A stretch of DNA of 42,828 bases, from IMG/VR virus record IMGVR_UViG_2778261419_000003, positions 1-42,828 of that record. One strand, given 5' to 3'. Source of the stretch: a virus. Lineage: Duplodnaviria > Heunggongvirae > Uroviricota > Caudoviricetes. Shown here piece after piece: positions 26,803 to 37,900 of this stretch; position 1 is the first letter of the stretch, and each line of letters starts with the position of its first letter. A program made the position numbers and the translations under genes. The notes beneath the pieces were generated by a model. The model was not told where the DNA came from and did no database searches. It saw only the letters and a program-made list of their open reading frames with translations.

Positions 26803-27381
26803 ATGTCTGTGAAAGGACTGGAAAGGGCTATTCAGAACCTGAACAGCCTCAGCCGGTTAATCGTTCCTGAGGCAACCGCAAAAGCACTTAACAGGGTGGC
26901 CAGAAGAACGATAAGCCAGGGGAGCAAAGCTGTAGCGAAAGAAGCAACAGTTGATGATAACCGGAAAAAGGGGCTTCCGGTTCGTCTGGTCCGCCAGCGT
27001 TCCCGTGTGCGCAAGGCCCGTCACGATCGCCCGGTCGCGTCGATAAAAATCAACCGCGGTAATCTTCCTGCGATAAAGCTCGGCACGGCGCGCGTCAGGC
27101 TCTCGCGTAAAAAAGGGGCCAGAAACGGAGCGGGCAGCGTCCTTAAAATCGGGCCCTATACCTTTCGTAACGCTTTTATCCAACAGCTTGCGAACGGGCG
27201 CTGGCAGGTCATGCGGCGCGTAGGTCAGGCCCGTTATCCGATTGATGTGGTCAAAGTTCCTCTTGAGACACCGCTCACCGTGGCCTTCACCGCTATTTCA
27301 AAGCGCCTTATTGAAAGCGATATGCCCAAAGAACTTTCCGCAGCCCTGAAAAACCAACTGAGGATCCACCTGAAGCGATGA
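26803..27381 (+). CDS. Z: Minor tail protein Z-like
   Basis: 192 aa, same length and position as lambda Z; GAGGAGG SD. Confidence 0.65.
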   Translation: MSVKGLERAIQNLNSLSRLIVPEATAKALNRVARRTISQGSKAVAKEATVDDNRKKGLPVRLVRQRSRVRKARHDRPVASIKINRGNLPAIKLGTARVRLSRKKGARNGAGSVLKIGPYTFRNAFIQQLANGRWQVMRRVGQARYPIDVVKVPLETPLTVAFTAISKRLIESDMPKELSAALKNQLRIHLKR

Positions 27382-27779
27382 ACAGACACAGCGCAATTCG
27401 TGCAGCCATTCTGGCCAAACTGAAAGCCGAGATCACCGACACGGTCACCTGGTTTGACGGGCGCCCTGTTTTTCTTGAAGAGCAGGATCTCCCTGCCGTG
27501 GCTGTATACCTTTCTGACGCGGAGTACACCGGCGATTCGCTTGACGAAGATTCGTGGCAGGCGGTTGTTCACATCGAGGTATTTCTTAAAGCCTCCAGCC
27601 CCGACAGCGCGCTTGATTCCTGGATGGAAGAGAAAGTGTATCCGGCAATGGCCTTCATCCCAGGTCTGACCGAACTGGTCGAGACGTTCACCCCGCAGGG
27701 TTATGACTATCAGCGGGATGATGAAATGGCCACCTGGGGTTCAGTCGATTTCACGTACTTAATCACCTATTCAATTTAA
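27378..27779 (+). CDS. U: Tail terminator protein U
   Basis: LPAVAVYLSDAEYTGDSLDEDSWQAVVHIEVFL...YDYQRDDEMATWGSVDFTYLITY closely matches lambda U. Confidence 0.85.
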   Translation: MNRHSAIRAAILAKLKAEITDTVTWFDGRPVFLEEQDLPAVAVYLSDAEYTGDSLDEDSWQAVVHIEVFLKASSPDSALDSWMEEKVYPAMAFIPGLTELVETFTPQGYDYQRDDEMATWGSVDFTYLITYSI

Positions 27780-27788
27780 GAGGTACTT

Positions 27789-28532
27789 ATGCCTACTCCA
27801 AACCCGCTGGCCCCTGTGAAAGGTGCCGGTACCACCCTCTGGCTTTACACCGGAACGGGCAACGCTTTCGCTAACCCACTCTCGGATATCGACTGGAACC
27901 GCCTGGCGAAAATTAAAGAGCTGACGCCGGGCGAAATGACCGCCGAATCGTATGACGACACTTACCTCGACGACGAGGATGCCGACTGGAACGCGACGGC
28001 CCAGGGGGCAAAATCTGCTGGCGATACCTCGTTCACCCTCGCCTGGAAGCCGGGCGAAGAAGGGCAAAAAGACCTTGTCGCATGGTTTATTGATGGCTCA
28101 GTACGCTATTACAAAATCAAATACCCGAACGGTACCGTCGACGTTTTCCGCGGCTGGTGCAGCAGCCTGGGTAAAGCCATTCCGGCAAAAGAGGTCATAA
28201 CCCGTACAGCGAAAATTACCAATACCGGCAAGCCGGAACTGGCAGAAGAAAGCGGGACCCCGAATATCCCCGTGACAGGCGTTACGCTCGATAAAGCCAC
28301 GGCAAGCGTGGCCGTCGGCGCAACCACAACGCTCAATGTGACGGTTAACCCAGCCAGTGCCTCAGATACCTCGTTCCGTGTGGCAACCTCAGACGGGGCA
28401 AAAGCAACGGTCACCGTTAGCGGTAATGCGATCGCCGTCACCGGCGTGGCGGCAGGCACCGCTGACGTTATTGTTATGACCAGCGACGGTAATTTCGTTG
28501 CGGTCTGCAAAGTTACCGTAACTGCAGCGTAA
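27789..28532 (+). CDS. V: Major tail protein V with C-terminal Ig-like domain
   Basis: 247 aa; lambda V-like N-terminal domain; C-terminal Big_2-like segment ([35 protein letters not shown]...). Confidence 0.85.
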   Translation: MPTPNPLAPVKGAGTTLWLYTGTGNAFANPLSDIDWNRLAKIKELTPGEMTAESYDDTYLDDEDADWNATAQGAKSAGDTSFTLAWKPGEEGQKDLVAWFIDGSVRYYKIKYPNGTVDVFRGWCSSLGKAIPAKEVITRTAKITNTGKPELAEESGTPNIPVTGVTLDKATASVAVGATTTLNVTVNPASASDTSFRVATSDGAKATVTVSGNAIAVTGVAAGTADVIVMTSDGNFVAVCKVTVTAA

Positions 28533-28542
28533 GGAAGGACGC

Positions 28543-28974
28543 ATGTTTCTGAAAAAAGAGAAGTTCACCTGGCAAAAAGAATCACTGACCATCTTCGAGC
28601 TGTCGGCGCTTCAGCGTATTGAGTACATCACGTTTATGGCCGCAGAGGAAAAGGCCGTCAGCGCTGACAGCGACGGCATCAGCGATCAGGAAATGACGGC
28701 CAGGCTGATTGGCTCAAATATTCGCTGCGGTGCGCGTTTGATTGCGATGTCTTTGTGGCATAACGATCCGGCTGGCACGGATGTGGAGACGCTTTACCAG
28801 CAGGTGCTTAGCGGCTGGCCGCCGGAGGCGATCGGTAAAGCAGAAATGGAAATAAAGCTGCTCTCCGGCATGCTCGTTCCGGTTGAGGATGACAAAGCTG
28901 CCGATCCGGATGCCCCAGCGGAGGCCGAAAGCGCAGAACCCGTTGCGGCGGAAAAGCCCTTGCCAGCGAGCTGA
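28543..28974 (+). CDS. G: Tail assembly chaperone G
   Basis: 143 aa between V and the tape measure gene; acidic C-terminus; -1 frame ORF (T) overlaps its 3' end. Confidence 0.75.
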   Translation: MFLKKEKFTWQKESLTIFELSALQRIEYITFMAAEEKAVSADSDGISDQEMTARLIGSNIRCGARLIAMSLWHNDPAGTDVETLYQQVLSGWPPEAIGKAEMEIKLLSGMLVPVEDDKAADPDAPAEAESAEPVAAEKPLPAS

Positions 28975-29297
28975 AGTTTGTCCTGAATCTGGCGCGCGAG
29001 TTCGGGCGACCCGACTGGCGCGCCATGCTGGCTGGAATGACTTCCACTGAGCTGGGCGACTGGCACCAGTTCTACCGGGAGCATTATTTTCAGGACGCTC
29101 AGCTCGATGCGCATTTCTCAGAGCTGCTTTATTCCATCTCCACTCTTTTCTTCCGCGACCCGGAACTTACCCCCGCACATTTCAGCCTGCTTTCTCCTTC
29201 CGGTATCGTCATCAGCGATGACGAGCCGGATGATGATGCGCTGATGGCCGCAGCTGAGGGGATAACAGGAGGTATCCGATATGGCCCAGCAGATTAG
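28950..29297 (+). CDS. T: T portion of the G-T tail assembly chaperone (predicted -1 programmed frameshift product)
   Basis: The -1 frame is open from the heptamer GGAAAAG (28950-28956, lambda has GGGAAAG) to stop at 29297 with no intervening stops; geometry as for lambda G/GT. Confidence 0.6.
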   Translation, partial: GKALASELKFVLNLAREFGRPDWRAMLAGMTSTELGDWHQFYREHYFQDAQLDAHFSELLYSISTLFFRDPELTPAHFSLLSPSGIVISDDEPDDDALMAAAEGITGGIRYGPAD

Positions 29298-32200
29298 CGA
29301 TCTGGTCATCAACCTTGACGTCGACAGCGCCACGTTTAGTGAGCAGGTTGCCCGCATAAAGGGCCAGCTAACCGGGATGGCTGAGGACTCTGAAAAAGTC
29401 CAGACGCGAATGCAGCGCGCTTCAGAGCGGCAGGCGGCTGCGTTTAAAACCGTGGGTGACGCTGGCGCGGCGGCTGCCGCAGATATGAAATCCCGCCAGT
29501 CGGCCGCAACGGAAGGGCTTACCAAAGACTGGCAGAACGTTTCAAAGTCCGTTGATGAAACTCACCGCCGCGTGACCGAGCTTAATCAGCGCATGCGTGA
29601 GAATGACGGGCAGGCCGCTGCGCTTGCCCGTCGACAGGATGAACTTGCGGCATCATTTTTCCGCCAGATCGACGGCGTACGCCAGCTCAATGGTGAAACA
29701 CAGTCGCTTGCGAACGTGCAGGCGCGCTTTCGCGCAGCGAGGGCACAGGGCAACATAACCCAGCAGGATTATCTCGCCCTTATTTCCCGCACCACGGCCC
29801 GTCAAAAAGAACTGCAGATCGTGGAGGAAAAATCGGCCGCAGCGCGCACGCGATTCCTCAGCCAGCTGAAGCAACAGGTTGCAGAGCAAAAGCTCTCCGG
29901 TACCGAGCTACTGCGCATGAAGGCGGCGCAGGTCGGTGCCAGCGATGCGGCTGAAGTCTATATCCGCAAGCTCGAAGCTGCCAAAGTCGCCACGCACGGT
30001 CTGGGGCTGCAAAGTGCCGCCGCCCGGCAGGAACTGGGAATACTGATCGGCGAGGTCATGCGCGGTAACTTCGGCGCGCTGCGCGGCTCCGGGATCACGC
30101 TGGCTAACCGGGCAGGGTGGATAGACCAGCTTCTGTCACTGCGCGGTCTTGGGATCGCCAGCATGGTCGGAGGGATTGCCGCGGCGGTATTCGGGTTGGG
30201 TAAGGCCTGGTACGACGGCAGCAAAGAGTCTGAGGAATTTAACAGGCAGCTGATCCTGACCGGGAACTACGCGGGGAAAACGTCAGGGCAGCTGCAGGCG
30301 CTGGCGCGCTCGCTGGCAGGTAATGGCATCACTCAGCATGCCGCTGCAGGCGTGCTGGCGCAGGTCGTTGGCAGCGGCGCGTTCAGCGGTAATGACGTCA
30401 GCATGGTCAGCAATGTTGCCGCCAGGCTGCAGCAGGCTACCGGGCAGGCCGTTGACGAAACCATAAATCAGTTTAAACGCCTGAAGGATGATCCGGTTAA
30501 CGCGGTCGCGACGCTCAACGATTCCCTTCATTTTCTGACAGCCACCCAGTATGAACAGATAGCTTCTGCTCAGGCGCTGGGGGATTCTCAGAAGGCTGCC
30601 GAGCTGGCCATGCGGGCATATTCCGACGCGGTCATTCAGCGCGCCGGTGCGGTCGAGGATAATCTCGGATCCCTCGAAAAAGCCTGGAACTGGGTGAAGA
30701 ATGCCGCCTCCGGTGCGTGGGATGCGATGCTGGGCGTCGGGCGTAATCCTGACACCGCGATGAAGCGCCAGGACTCTTTTGCTGAGTGGCAGGCAGCAGA
30801 GAAAGAGTACCGCGCGCTGTCCAGCAATCTTAAGGTCGACCCGGATTATGCCGGTAACAACGTTCTGCAGAAAGCGGATGCGGAAAGGCTGAGAAACGCG
30901 CGCCAGCAGGTGGAGCTGAAAAAGCAGGCTTACGATCTTGCCGATCAGCAATACGCCCAGGAAGGGCTGGCAGCCGCGCGGGAAAAAATGCGAACGGACC
31001 AGCAGGCTCAGGCAATCCGCAGCCAGCAGCAGTTTAACCAGCTGGTGGAGTCCGGCGCGACGGCGGCAGAAAAGCGGGCTTCAGCAGAGAAAAAGCTCAG
31101 TCAGCTTATTGAGAAAAACCGCCAGGATGCGAAAGACGGTGTCGCCACGCTGTGGACTGAAAAGGACATTGCCGCGGCCCGCGCCGGGATTGAAAAGCAG
31201 TGGAAGGATCCAAAAACACCGAAAGGCAAAAGCTACTCAACGCCCGCCGGGGACAAAGCCGAGGAAAAGGCGCAGGCCGAACTTCTCACCCTTCAGGCCC
31301 AGCTTAAAACGCTTGAGCAGCATACCAGCGTGAACGACGTCATAAGTAAACAGCGTCAGGATCTCTGGCAAACTGAAAATCAGTTCACCGTTCTGCAGGA
31401 GGCCGCTGGGCGTCGTCAGCTTACGGCGCAGGAAAAATCCCTGCTGGCGCACAAAGAAGAAACGCTCGAGTACAAGCGGCAGCTGGCCGACCTGGGCGAT
31501 AAGGTTGCCAGCCAGCAAAAGCTCAACCAGCTGGCCGATCAGGCCGTGAAGTTTGAGCAGCAGCAAAAAGCCGCCAGGGCGGGCCTGCAGGCTCAGTCTG
31601 AGGGGTTATCCACCCGGGAAGCCGGGCGACAAACTACGCTGCAGCGTCTCAGCGAAAGCTATTCGTACAACCCTCAGGCGCAGCAAAAGGTTCTGGAAGA
31701 GCAAAGGGCGACGTTCGAAGCTGAAGATGCCCTGCGTGCAAACTGGCTGGCCGGTGCGAAACAGGGTTGGGCCGAATATCAGGATTCAGCGACAAACGTT
31801 TTCAGCTCCGTTCAGCAGATTTCTCAGGCTACGTTCAGCGGGTTGGCGGGCCAGCTTACCAGCCTGACGACAACCGGGAAGGCGAGCTTCAGGGAATTCA
31901 CCAGCTCGATCCTTAAAATGATTGTGTCCGTTATCAACCAGCTGCTGGTGGCTTACACCATCCAGAGTGCAATGGGCTGGGTTAGCGGCGGGGCGAAAAC
32001 CTCCTCTGCCGGTCAGTCATTCGCGGTCCCGTCATACCGGCCACAGGGTTTTGACGTGGGCGGTTTTACCGGGCACGGCGGCAAGTACGAGCCAGCCGGT
32101 ATCGTTCACCGCGGGGAATTCGTCTTCACCAAAGAATCAACCAGCCGCATCGGCGTGGCTAATCTCTATCGCCTGATGCGCGGGTATGCCTCGGGTGGTC

Positions 32201-32418
32201 TGGTCGGCGGCGGGAACGCAGCCGGTGCTGGCATGGGCGGGATCAGTGTTTATGCCCCAGTCAGCATCAGCCAGCAGGGGAGTGACGGAAGCATAAATCA
32301 GGCGAACGCCACGGGGACGGCGAAACAGCTGCAGGCGATTGTTCAGCAGACAATCACCGAGCGACTGAAAAAAGAAATGTCCGCGGGCGGCGTGCTTTAT
32401 TCGAGGAGGACACAGTGA
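29281..32418 (+). CDS. H: Tail tape measure protein (gpH-like)
   Basis: 1045 aa, Ala/Gln-rich coiled-coil with a hydrophobic region; position between G/T and M. Confidence 0.85.
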   Translation: MAQQISDLVINLDVDSATFSEQVARIKGQLTGMAEDSEKVQTRMQRASERQAAAFKTVGDAGAAAAADMKSRQSAATEGLTKDWQNVSKSVDETHRRVTELNQRMRENDGQAAALARRQDELAASFFRQIDGVRQLNGETQSLANVQARFRAARAQGNITQQDYLALISRTTARQKELQIVEEKSAAARTRFLSQLKQQVAEQKLSGTELLRMKAAQVGASDAAEVYIRKLEAAKVATHGLGLQSAAARQELGILIGEVMRGNFGALRGSGITLANRAGWIDQLLSLRGLGIASMVGGIAAAVFGLGKAWYDGSKESEEFNRQLILTGNYAGKTSGQLQALARSLAGNGITQHAAAGVLAQVVGSGAFSGNDVSMVSNVAARLQQATGQAVDETINQFKRLKDDPVNAVATLNDSLHFLTATQYEQIASAQALGDSQKAAELAMRAYSDAVIQRAGAVEDNLGSLEKAWNWVKNAASGAWDAMLGVGRNPDTAMKRQDSFAEWQAAEKEYRALSSNLKVDPDYAGNNVLQKADAERLRNARQQVELKKQAYDLADQQYAQEGLAAAREKMRTDQQAQAIRSQQQFNQLVESGATAAEKRASAEKKLSQLIEKNRQDAKDGVATLWTEKDIAAARAGIEKQWKDPKTPKGKSYSTPAGDKAEEKAQAELLTLQAQLKTLEQHTSVNDVISKQRQDLWQTENQFTVLQEAAGRRQLTAQEKSLLAHKEETLEYKRQLADLGDKVASQQKLNQLADQAVKFEQQQKAARAGLQAQSEGLSTREAGRQTTLQRLSESYSYNPQAQQKVLEEQRATFEAEDALRANWLAGAKQGWAEYQDSATNVFSSVQQISQATFSGLAGQLTSLTTTGKASFREFTSSILKMIVSVINQLLVAYTIQSAMGWVSGGAKTSSAGQSFAVPSYRPQGFDVGGFTGHGGKYEPAGIVHRGEFVFTKESTSRIGVANLYRLMRGYASGGLVGGGNAAGAGMGGISVYAPVSISQQGSDGSINQANATGTAKQLQAIVQQTITERLKKEMSAGGVLYSRRTQ

Positions 32419-32753
32419 CGGACACGTTTACCTGGCGCACGCGAAAAACAGCGCAGGGCACTGAAACAGCCCGAACGCTGCAGGCCCAGTTCGGGGATGG
32501 CTACAAACAGATAGCGGGGATGGGGATCAACGACAAACAGGAAACGTGGAACCTGGACTGGACGGGCACCAGACAGGAGGCGGCTGCGCTGCGCGCTTTC
32601 CTGATGTCTCACGTTACTAAATCGTTCTGGTGGACCACTCCATGGGGTGAAAAAAAGCTGTTCAGAATGAAGGCCGATTCGTTCAGCGTTTCTTTCCCTA
32701 CCGGGAAAAAAGCCACTGTGGCCTTCACTTTTGAACAGGCGTTCGCGCCCTGA
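32415..32753 (+). CDS. M: Minor tail protein M
   Basis: 112 aa; same position and size as lambda M; overlaps H stop. Confidence 0.85.
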   Translation: MTDTFTWRTRKTAQGTETARTLQAQFGDGYKQIAGMGINDKQETWNLDWTGTRQEAAALRAFLMSHVTKSFWWTTPWGEKKLFRMKADSFSVSFPTGKKATVAFTFEQAFAP

Positions 32754-32773
32754 TTTTCTCGAAAAACACTGAA

Positions 32774-32798
32774 AGCTGCCTCCGGGCGGCTTTTTTTT
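32774..32798 (+). terminator. Intrinsic terminator-like hairpin between M and L
   Basis: GCTGCC-tccg-GGCGGC hairpin followed by T8. Confidence 0.45.
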
Positions 32799-32809
32799 AT
32801 GGGGGGAGT

Positions 32810-33547
32810 ATGAGTTTTACGGCAGACATACAACAGCTTGAGCCCGGCAGCGTTATTCAGCTGATTGAGATCGACGGCACTGAATTCGGTATGGATCAGG
32901 TGCTGCGTTTTCATGCGCACAATATTCAGGAAGAGGGGTGGGCAGCCTTCGCCGCAGAAAATCTGCCCGCCATTATCTGGCAGGGAAACCAGTACGATCC
33001 CCATCCCTACGAACTTAAGGGGATGGAGTTATCGAGTACAGGTTCCCAGCCAACGCCCACGCTGTCCGTCGGGAACGTCGGAAACTATGTCACCGCGCTG
33101 TGTCTTGAATATGACGATATGGTCAGGGCTAAGGTCAAAATCCATACCACGCTTTCGAAGTATCTCGATGCCGCCAACTGGAAAAACGGTAATCCGGGTG
33201 CCAGCCCGGCCGATGAGCGCTTACAGCTCTTTTACGTCAATGCTAAAACCGCAGAGACGCGGGTACAGGTTGATTTCGAGCTGTGTTCTCCTTTCGATAT
33301 TCAGAGCCTGCAGCTGCCGACACGGCAGATTACGCCTGTCTGCACCTGGTGTATGCGGGGCTGGTACCGAAGCGGGACCGGATGCGATTACAACGGCACG
33401 AAATACTTTACCAAAGACGGTACACCGACCGATGACCCGTCGAAAGATGTTTGTGGCGGCCGCCGGCAGGATTGTCAGGATCGTCACGGCCCGGATGCGC
33501 CGCTGCCGTTCGGCGGTTTTCCGGCTGCAAACCTGCAGGGGAAATAA
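32810..33547 (+). CDS. L: Minor tail protein L (Fe-S cluster Cys motif)
   Basis: 245 aa; C-terminal Cys cluster CTWCMRGWY...CDYNG...CGGRRQDC typical of lambda L family. Confidence 0.85.
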   Translation: MSFTADIQQLEPGSVIQLIEIDGTEFGMDQVLRFHAHNIQEEGWAAFAAENLPAIIWQGNQYDPHPYELKGMELSSTGSQPTPTLSVGNVGNYVTALCLEYDDMVRAKVKIHTTLSKYLDAANWKNGNPGASPADERLQLFYVNAKTAETRVQVDFELCSPFDIQSLQLPTRQITPVCTWCMRGWYRSGTGCDYNGTKYFTKDGTPTDDPSKDVCGGRRQDCQDRHGPDAPLPFGGFPAANLQGK

Positions 33548-33549
33548 AA

Positions 33550-34269
33550 ATGCGTGAAAAATTGCTGGATGCTATCCGTCAGCACGTCGCTGCTGAATAC
33601 CCCAAAGAAGCCTGCGGCCTGATTGTTCAGTCAGGCCAGCAACAAATCTTTATTCCCTGCCGCAACATTGCCGATAAACCCGAGGAGACATTCACGCTCT
33701 CCCCGGAAGACCAGCTCGCTGCCCGCGCGCGCGGTGAGATCATCATGCTCATTCATTCCCATCCGGATGTGGTTCGGCTGGTGCCCTCAGAGCTGGACCG
33801 GATCCAGTGCGACTGGTCGGGGATTGAGTGGGGGATCATGTCCTGGCCGGACGGGGATTTTTGTACGATTTCCCCGCGTGAAGACCGGGATTATGCCGGG
33901 CGGCAGTGGGTGCTGGGTTACGCCGACTGCTGGTCGCTTATCCGTGAATTTTATCTGCGCGAATACGGCATTGTTCTCGGCAATTATTCAGTACCTTACG
34001 AATGGTGGGAGAGCGGCAAGGAGCGTCTCTACGACGACAACTGGGAGCGTGAGGGATTCGTTGAGATTGCCGCCGGTGCAATGCAGCCCGGAGATATCAT
34101 CATGATGAGTGTGCAGGCATCGGTGACTAATCACGCCGCGGTATATGTGGGTGATAACATCATTCTCCATCATCTTTTCGGGCACCTTTCTTCGCGAACG
34201 CCTTATGGAAAATATTATCGCGACAGAACGGTCCGGGTGGTCAGGCATAAGGACAGAATGCATGGTTAA
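33550..34269 (+). CDS. K: Tail assembly protein K (JAB/MPN plus NlpC/P60 domains)
   Basis: ATG 33550 with GGGGAAA SD; HSHP motif (JAB-like) and Cys/His NlpC/P60-like region. Confidence 0.85.
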   Translation: MREKLLDAIRQHVAAEYPKEACGLIVQSGQQQIFIPCRNIADKPEETFTLSPEDQLAARARGEIIMLIHSHPDVVRLVPSELDRIQCDWSGIEWGIMSWPDGDFCTISPREDRDYAGRQWVLGYADCWSLIREFYLREYGIVLGNYSVPYEWWESGKERLYDDNWEREGFVEIAAGAMQPGDIIMMSVQASVTNHAAVYVGDNIILHHLFGHLSSRTPYGKYYRDRTVRVVRHKDRMHG

Positions 34270-34879
34270 GACGCTTATTCTCGAAGGTAAAATGGCAAAA
34301 AAATTCGGTAAACGCGTTCAGTTTGATGTTGCCGACCTGCGCGAGATGCTCAGGGCCATGTGTTCACAGGTTCCCGGATTCAAAAAATATATGTCTGAAG
34401 CTCATATGAAGGGGATCCGTTTCGCCTTTTTTAACGGTGGCAACAATATCGGGCTGGAAGAGTTTGATATGACCCGCGGTGGAAGCGTGTACCGGATCGT
34501 GCCCGTTTATGAGGGGGCCAAAAGTTCGGGCGTCCTGCAGATAGTTGTCGGGGCTGTTGCGCTGGTCGCTGCATTCTTTACCGCTGGTGCGAGCATGGCA
34601 GCCTGGGGCGCGGCGATGAGTGCAACAGCTATCAGCGCCACGTCAATTCTGACAGGGGTCGGAGTGTCGATGATGCTGGGGGGCGTTGTCCAGATGCTCA
34701 CGCCCCAGCCATCCTTCGGCGCGGGTAAATCCTCCAGCACGGACAACACGCCTAACTACGCCTTCGGGGCGCCGGTCAATACCGTCGCTATGGGGCATCC
34801 TGTCCCCCTGGCCTACGGTCTGACTGAGGCAGGGGGAGCGATAGTCAGCGCCGGTATGTACTCGAGCGATCAGCAGTAG
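34262..34879 (+). CDS. I: Tail assembly protein I
   Basis: Start overlaps K stop; N-terminal ubiquitin-like region and Gly/Ala-rich hydrophobic C-terminus as in lambda I. Confidence 0.8.
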   Translation: MVKTLILEGKMAKKFGKRVQFDVADLREMLRAMCSQVPGFKKYMSEAHMKGIRFAFFNGGNNIGLEEFDMTRGGSVYRIVPVYEGAKSSGVLQIVVGAVALVAAFFTAGASMAAWGAAMSATAISATSILTGVGVSMMLGGVVQMLTPQPSFGAGKSSSTDNTPNYAFGAPVNTVAMGHPVPLAYGLTEAGGAIVSAGMYSSDQQ

Positions 34880-34897
34880 GCCAGCGGCCACTAACTT

Positions 34898-34921
34898 AAA
34901 GGTGCTTCGGCACCTTTTTTT
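34898..34921 (+). terminator. Intrinsic terminator-like hairpin between I and J
   Basis: GGTGC-ttcg-GCACC hairpin followed by T7. Confidence 0.45.
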
Positions 34922-37900
34922 ATGGGTGAAAAAATGCAGCTTCTTAAACAAGAAACCATCCTGCAGGGTGCCAAAGGGGGAGGTGGCAGTTCACATACTC
35001 CGGTTGAGCAGCCTGACGATCTGCTGTCGGTCGCAAAATTAAAAATGCTCATTGCCGTTTCTGAGGGGGAAATACAGGGCGACCTGACCGCTCAGAACAT
35101 TTTTCTCAACGATACGCCGCTGGCAAACGACAGCGGGGAATACAACTTCAGCGGCGTGAAATGGGAGTTCCGCAAGGGCACACAGGACCAGACCTATATT
35201 GCCGGGATGCCCCAGGTCGACAACGAGCTGGCCGTGGGCACAACTGTCACCACCACCGCGCCCTGGACGCGCCAGTTTACAAACCTTTCCCTGGATGCCA
35301 TCCGTATCAAGCTCAGCCTTCCGGTCCAGTATCTCTATAAAGATAATGGCGATATGGTGGGCACGGTCACCGAGTATGCGATCGATTTATCAACGGACGG
35401 CGGCGCCTGGAAAACGGTTGTAAACGGCAAGTTTGACGGAAAGACCACGACGGAATATCAGCGTGACCACCGTATCGATCTGCCAAAATCCACGTCCGGC
35501 TGGTCTGTCAGGGTCAGGCGTATTACGGCTGATGCCAGCGGATCAAATTCGAAACTGGTTAACGCCTTCAAGGTGTTTTCGTATGCGGAAGTCATCGACA
35601 GCAAGCTTCGTTATCCTTTAACAGCGCTCCTGTATGTCGAAGTGGACAGCAGCCAATTCAACGGCAGCGCGCCGAAAGTGACCTGTAAGATAAAAGGCAA
35701 GCTGATTAAGGTTCCGGATAATTACGATCCGAAAACCCGAACCTATTCTGGTTCATGGTCCGGCGGGTTCAAAATGGCATGGTCCAATAACCCTGCCTGG
35801 ATCTTTTACGATCTGGTTCTGGATGAAATTTACGGCATGGGCACGCGCGTGGATGCGTCCATGGTGGATAAGTGGGCGCTGTATTCAATCGCCCAGTACT
35901 GTGACGAAATGGTTTCCGACGGGGCCGGTGGCACCGAACCGCGTTTCACCTGCAACGTTTTCATTCAGAGCCAGGAGGACGCCTGGCAGGTACTTAACGA
36001 TCTCGCCGCGGTATTTCGTGGAATAACGTTCTGGGGCAACGATCAGATTTATGTCCAGGCAGACGTCCCGCAGGACGATGTTGACTGGGTTTATAACGTC
36101 TCAAACGTTATCGATGGGCTGTTTACTTATGCGGGCGGCTCATACAAGAATCGCTACAGCTCCTGCCTGGTGTCCTGGTCCGATCCGCAGAACCATTACA
36201 GCGATACCGTTGAGGGGGTTTACGATTCGGCGCTTGTAGAACGTTACGACGTCCGGCAGACGTCCCTGACCGCAATCGGCTGCACCTCGCAAAGTGAAGC
36301 GCACCGACGCGGTCGCTGGGTATTGCTCTCCAATGCCAAAGACGGGACCGTATCGTTTGGCGTGGGGCTGGACGGTTATATCCCTTTGCCCGCTGAAATT
36401 ATCGGTGTCGCCGATCCTTTCCGCTCTGGTAAGGAGAACGGGGGCCGTATAAGCGCGGCCAACGGCCGCCAAATTACCCTCGATCGAGAAATAGACTACG
36501 CGGCGAAAGACCGGCTGGTGGTTAACCTTCCCGACGGAAAAGCCCAGACGCGGACAATCAGCGCGGTGAGCGCCGATAAAAAAACGGTGACGGTGGCTAC
36601 GGCATTCAGTCAGGTTCCTGTGGCGGGCGCTGTTTGGGCGATAGACAGTGATAACCTCGCAATACAGTACTTCAGGGTCACCTCAATCGCGGCTAACGAC
36701 GACAGTACAGGCGGTTTCACTATTACGGCCGTTCAGCACGATCCAAACAAATATCGTTACATCGATGACGGCGTTCGGGTCGAGTCTCCCCCGATCACCG
36801 TCACGCCGATAAGCGTCCTGTCTGCTCCGAAGAATATCGTGGTGACTGAGAGCGATCATGTGTCTCAGGGGCTGACTGTAGCAAGCCTGGACGTGTCATG
36901 GGATAAGGTAGAGGGCGCAATCCGGTATGTTGCCCAGTGGCGTAAGGACAACGGGGACTGGATAAACGTTCCGGTTACCAGCGCGCAGGGTTTCTCGGTT
37001 CAGGGCATTTATTCGGGCAGCTATGACGTGCGCGTACGGGCGCTGAATGCGCAGGATACGTCGTCACCATGGGGATACGGTGAAACAACTTATCTCTCCG
37101 GTAAAACGGGAAAACCGGGTACTCCGCTCAACTTCCTGGCGACCGAAGATGTGGTCTGGCATATCGACCTGACCTGGAAATTTCCGGATGGCTCAGGCGA
37201 CACGGCCTATACAGAGATTCAGCGCGCCACAACTGCCGACTACGCCAATCCTGAACTGCTGGTCCTGGTGCCGTACCCGGCTGCAGATTATCAGCATGGC
37301 CCCATGCCTGCCGGCGTTCGCCAGTGGTACCGCGCGCGCCTGATTGACCGTATCGGTAACGCCGGGGACTGGACCGACTGGATCATGGGCACGTCCTCGA
37401 TAGATGTCAGCGAAATAACTAATGACATTCTGGAGGATATGAAAGAGTCGGAAACGTTCAAAGACCTGATCGAGAACGCGGTGGACAGCAACGAAAAAAT
37501 TGCTGGCATGGCTAACGATATCAAACAGGCCAACGACGAACTGGAGCAGCAAGCGAAAGATATCGCCAAAAACGCCCAGGATATCGGGAAGGTTCAGACC
37601 AGCGTTACAAACCTGTCGAGCACGGTCGGAGATGTGTCTTCTTCTCTGAGCAAGCTTGAGCAGACAGTGGCGACGGCTGATACCGCGCTGGGCCAGCGCA
37701 TCGATAACATCAGCGTGTCTGTGGACGGTATGACGGGAGGAGTGAAGAACTCTGCCATCGCGATTATTCAGGGCAACCTGGCGCAGGTGGCGGCGCGCAA
37801 AACGCTGTCTGCATCCGTCGCCGGTAACAGCGCGCAGCTGGACCGCATTGATGAGGTGATCGTCAACGAGAAGGAGGCAACGGCGCGTTCGCTGCTGAGT

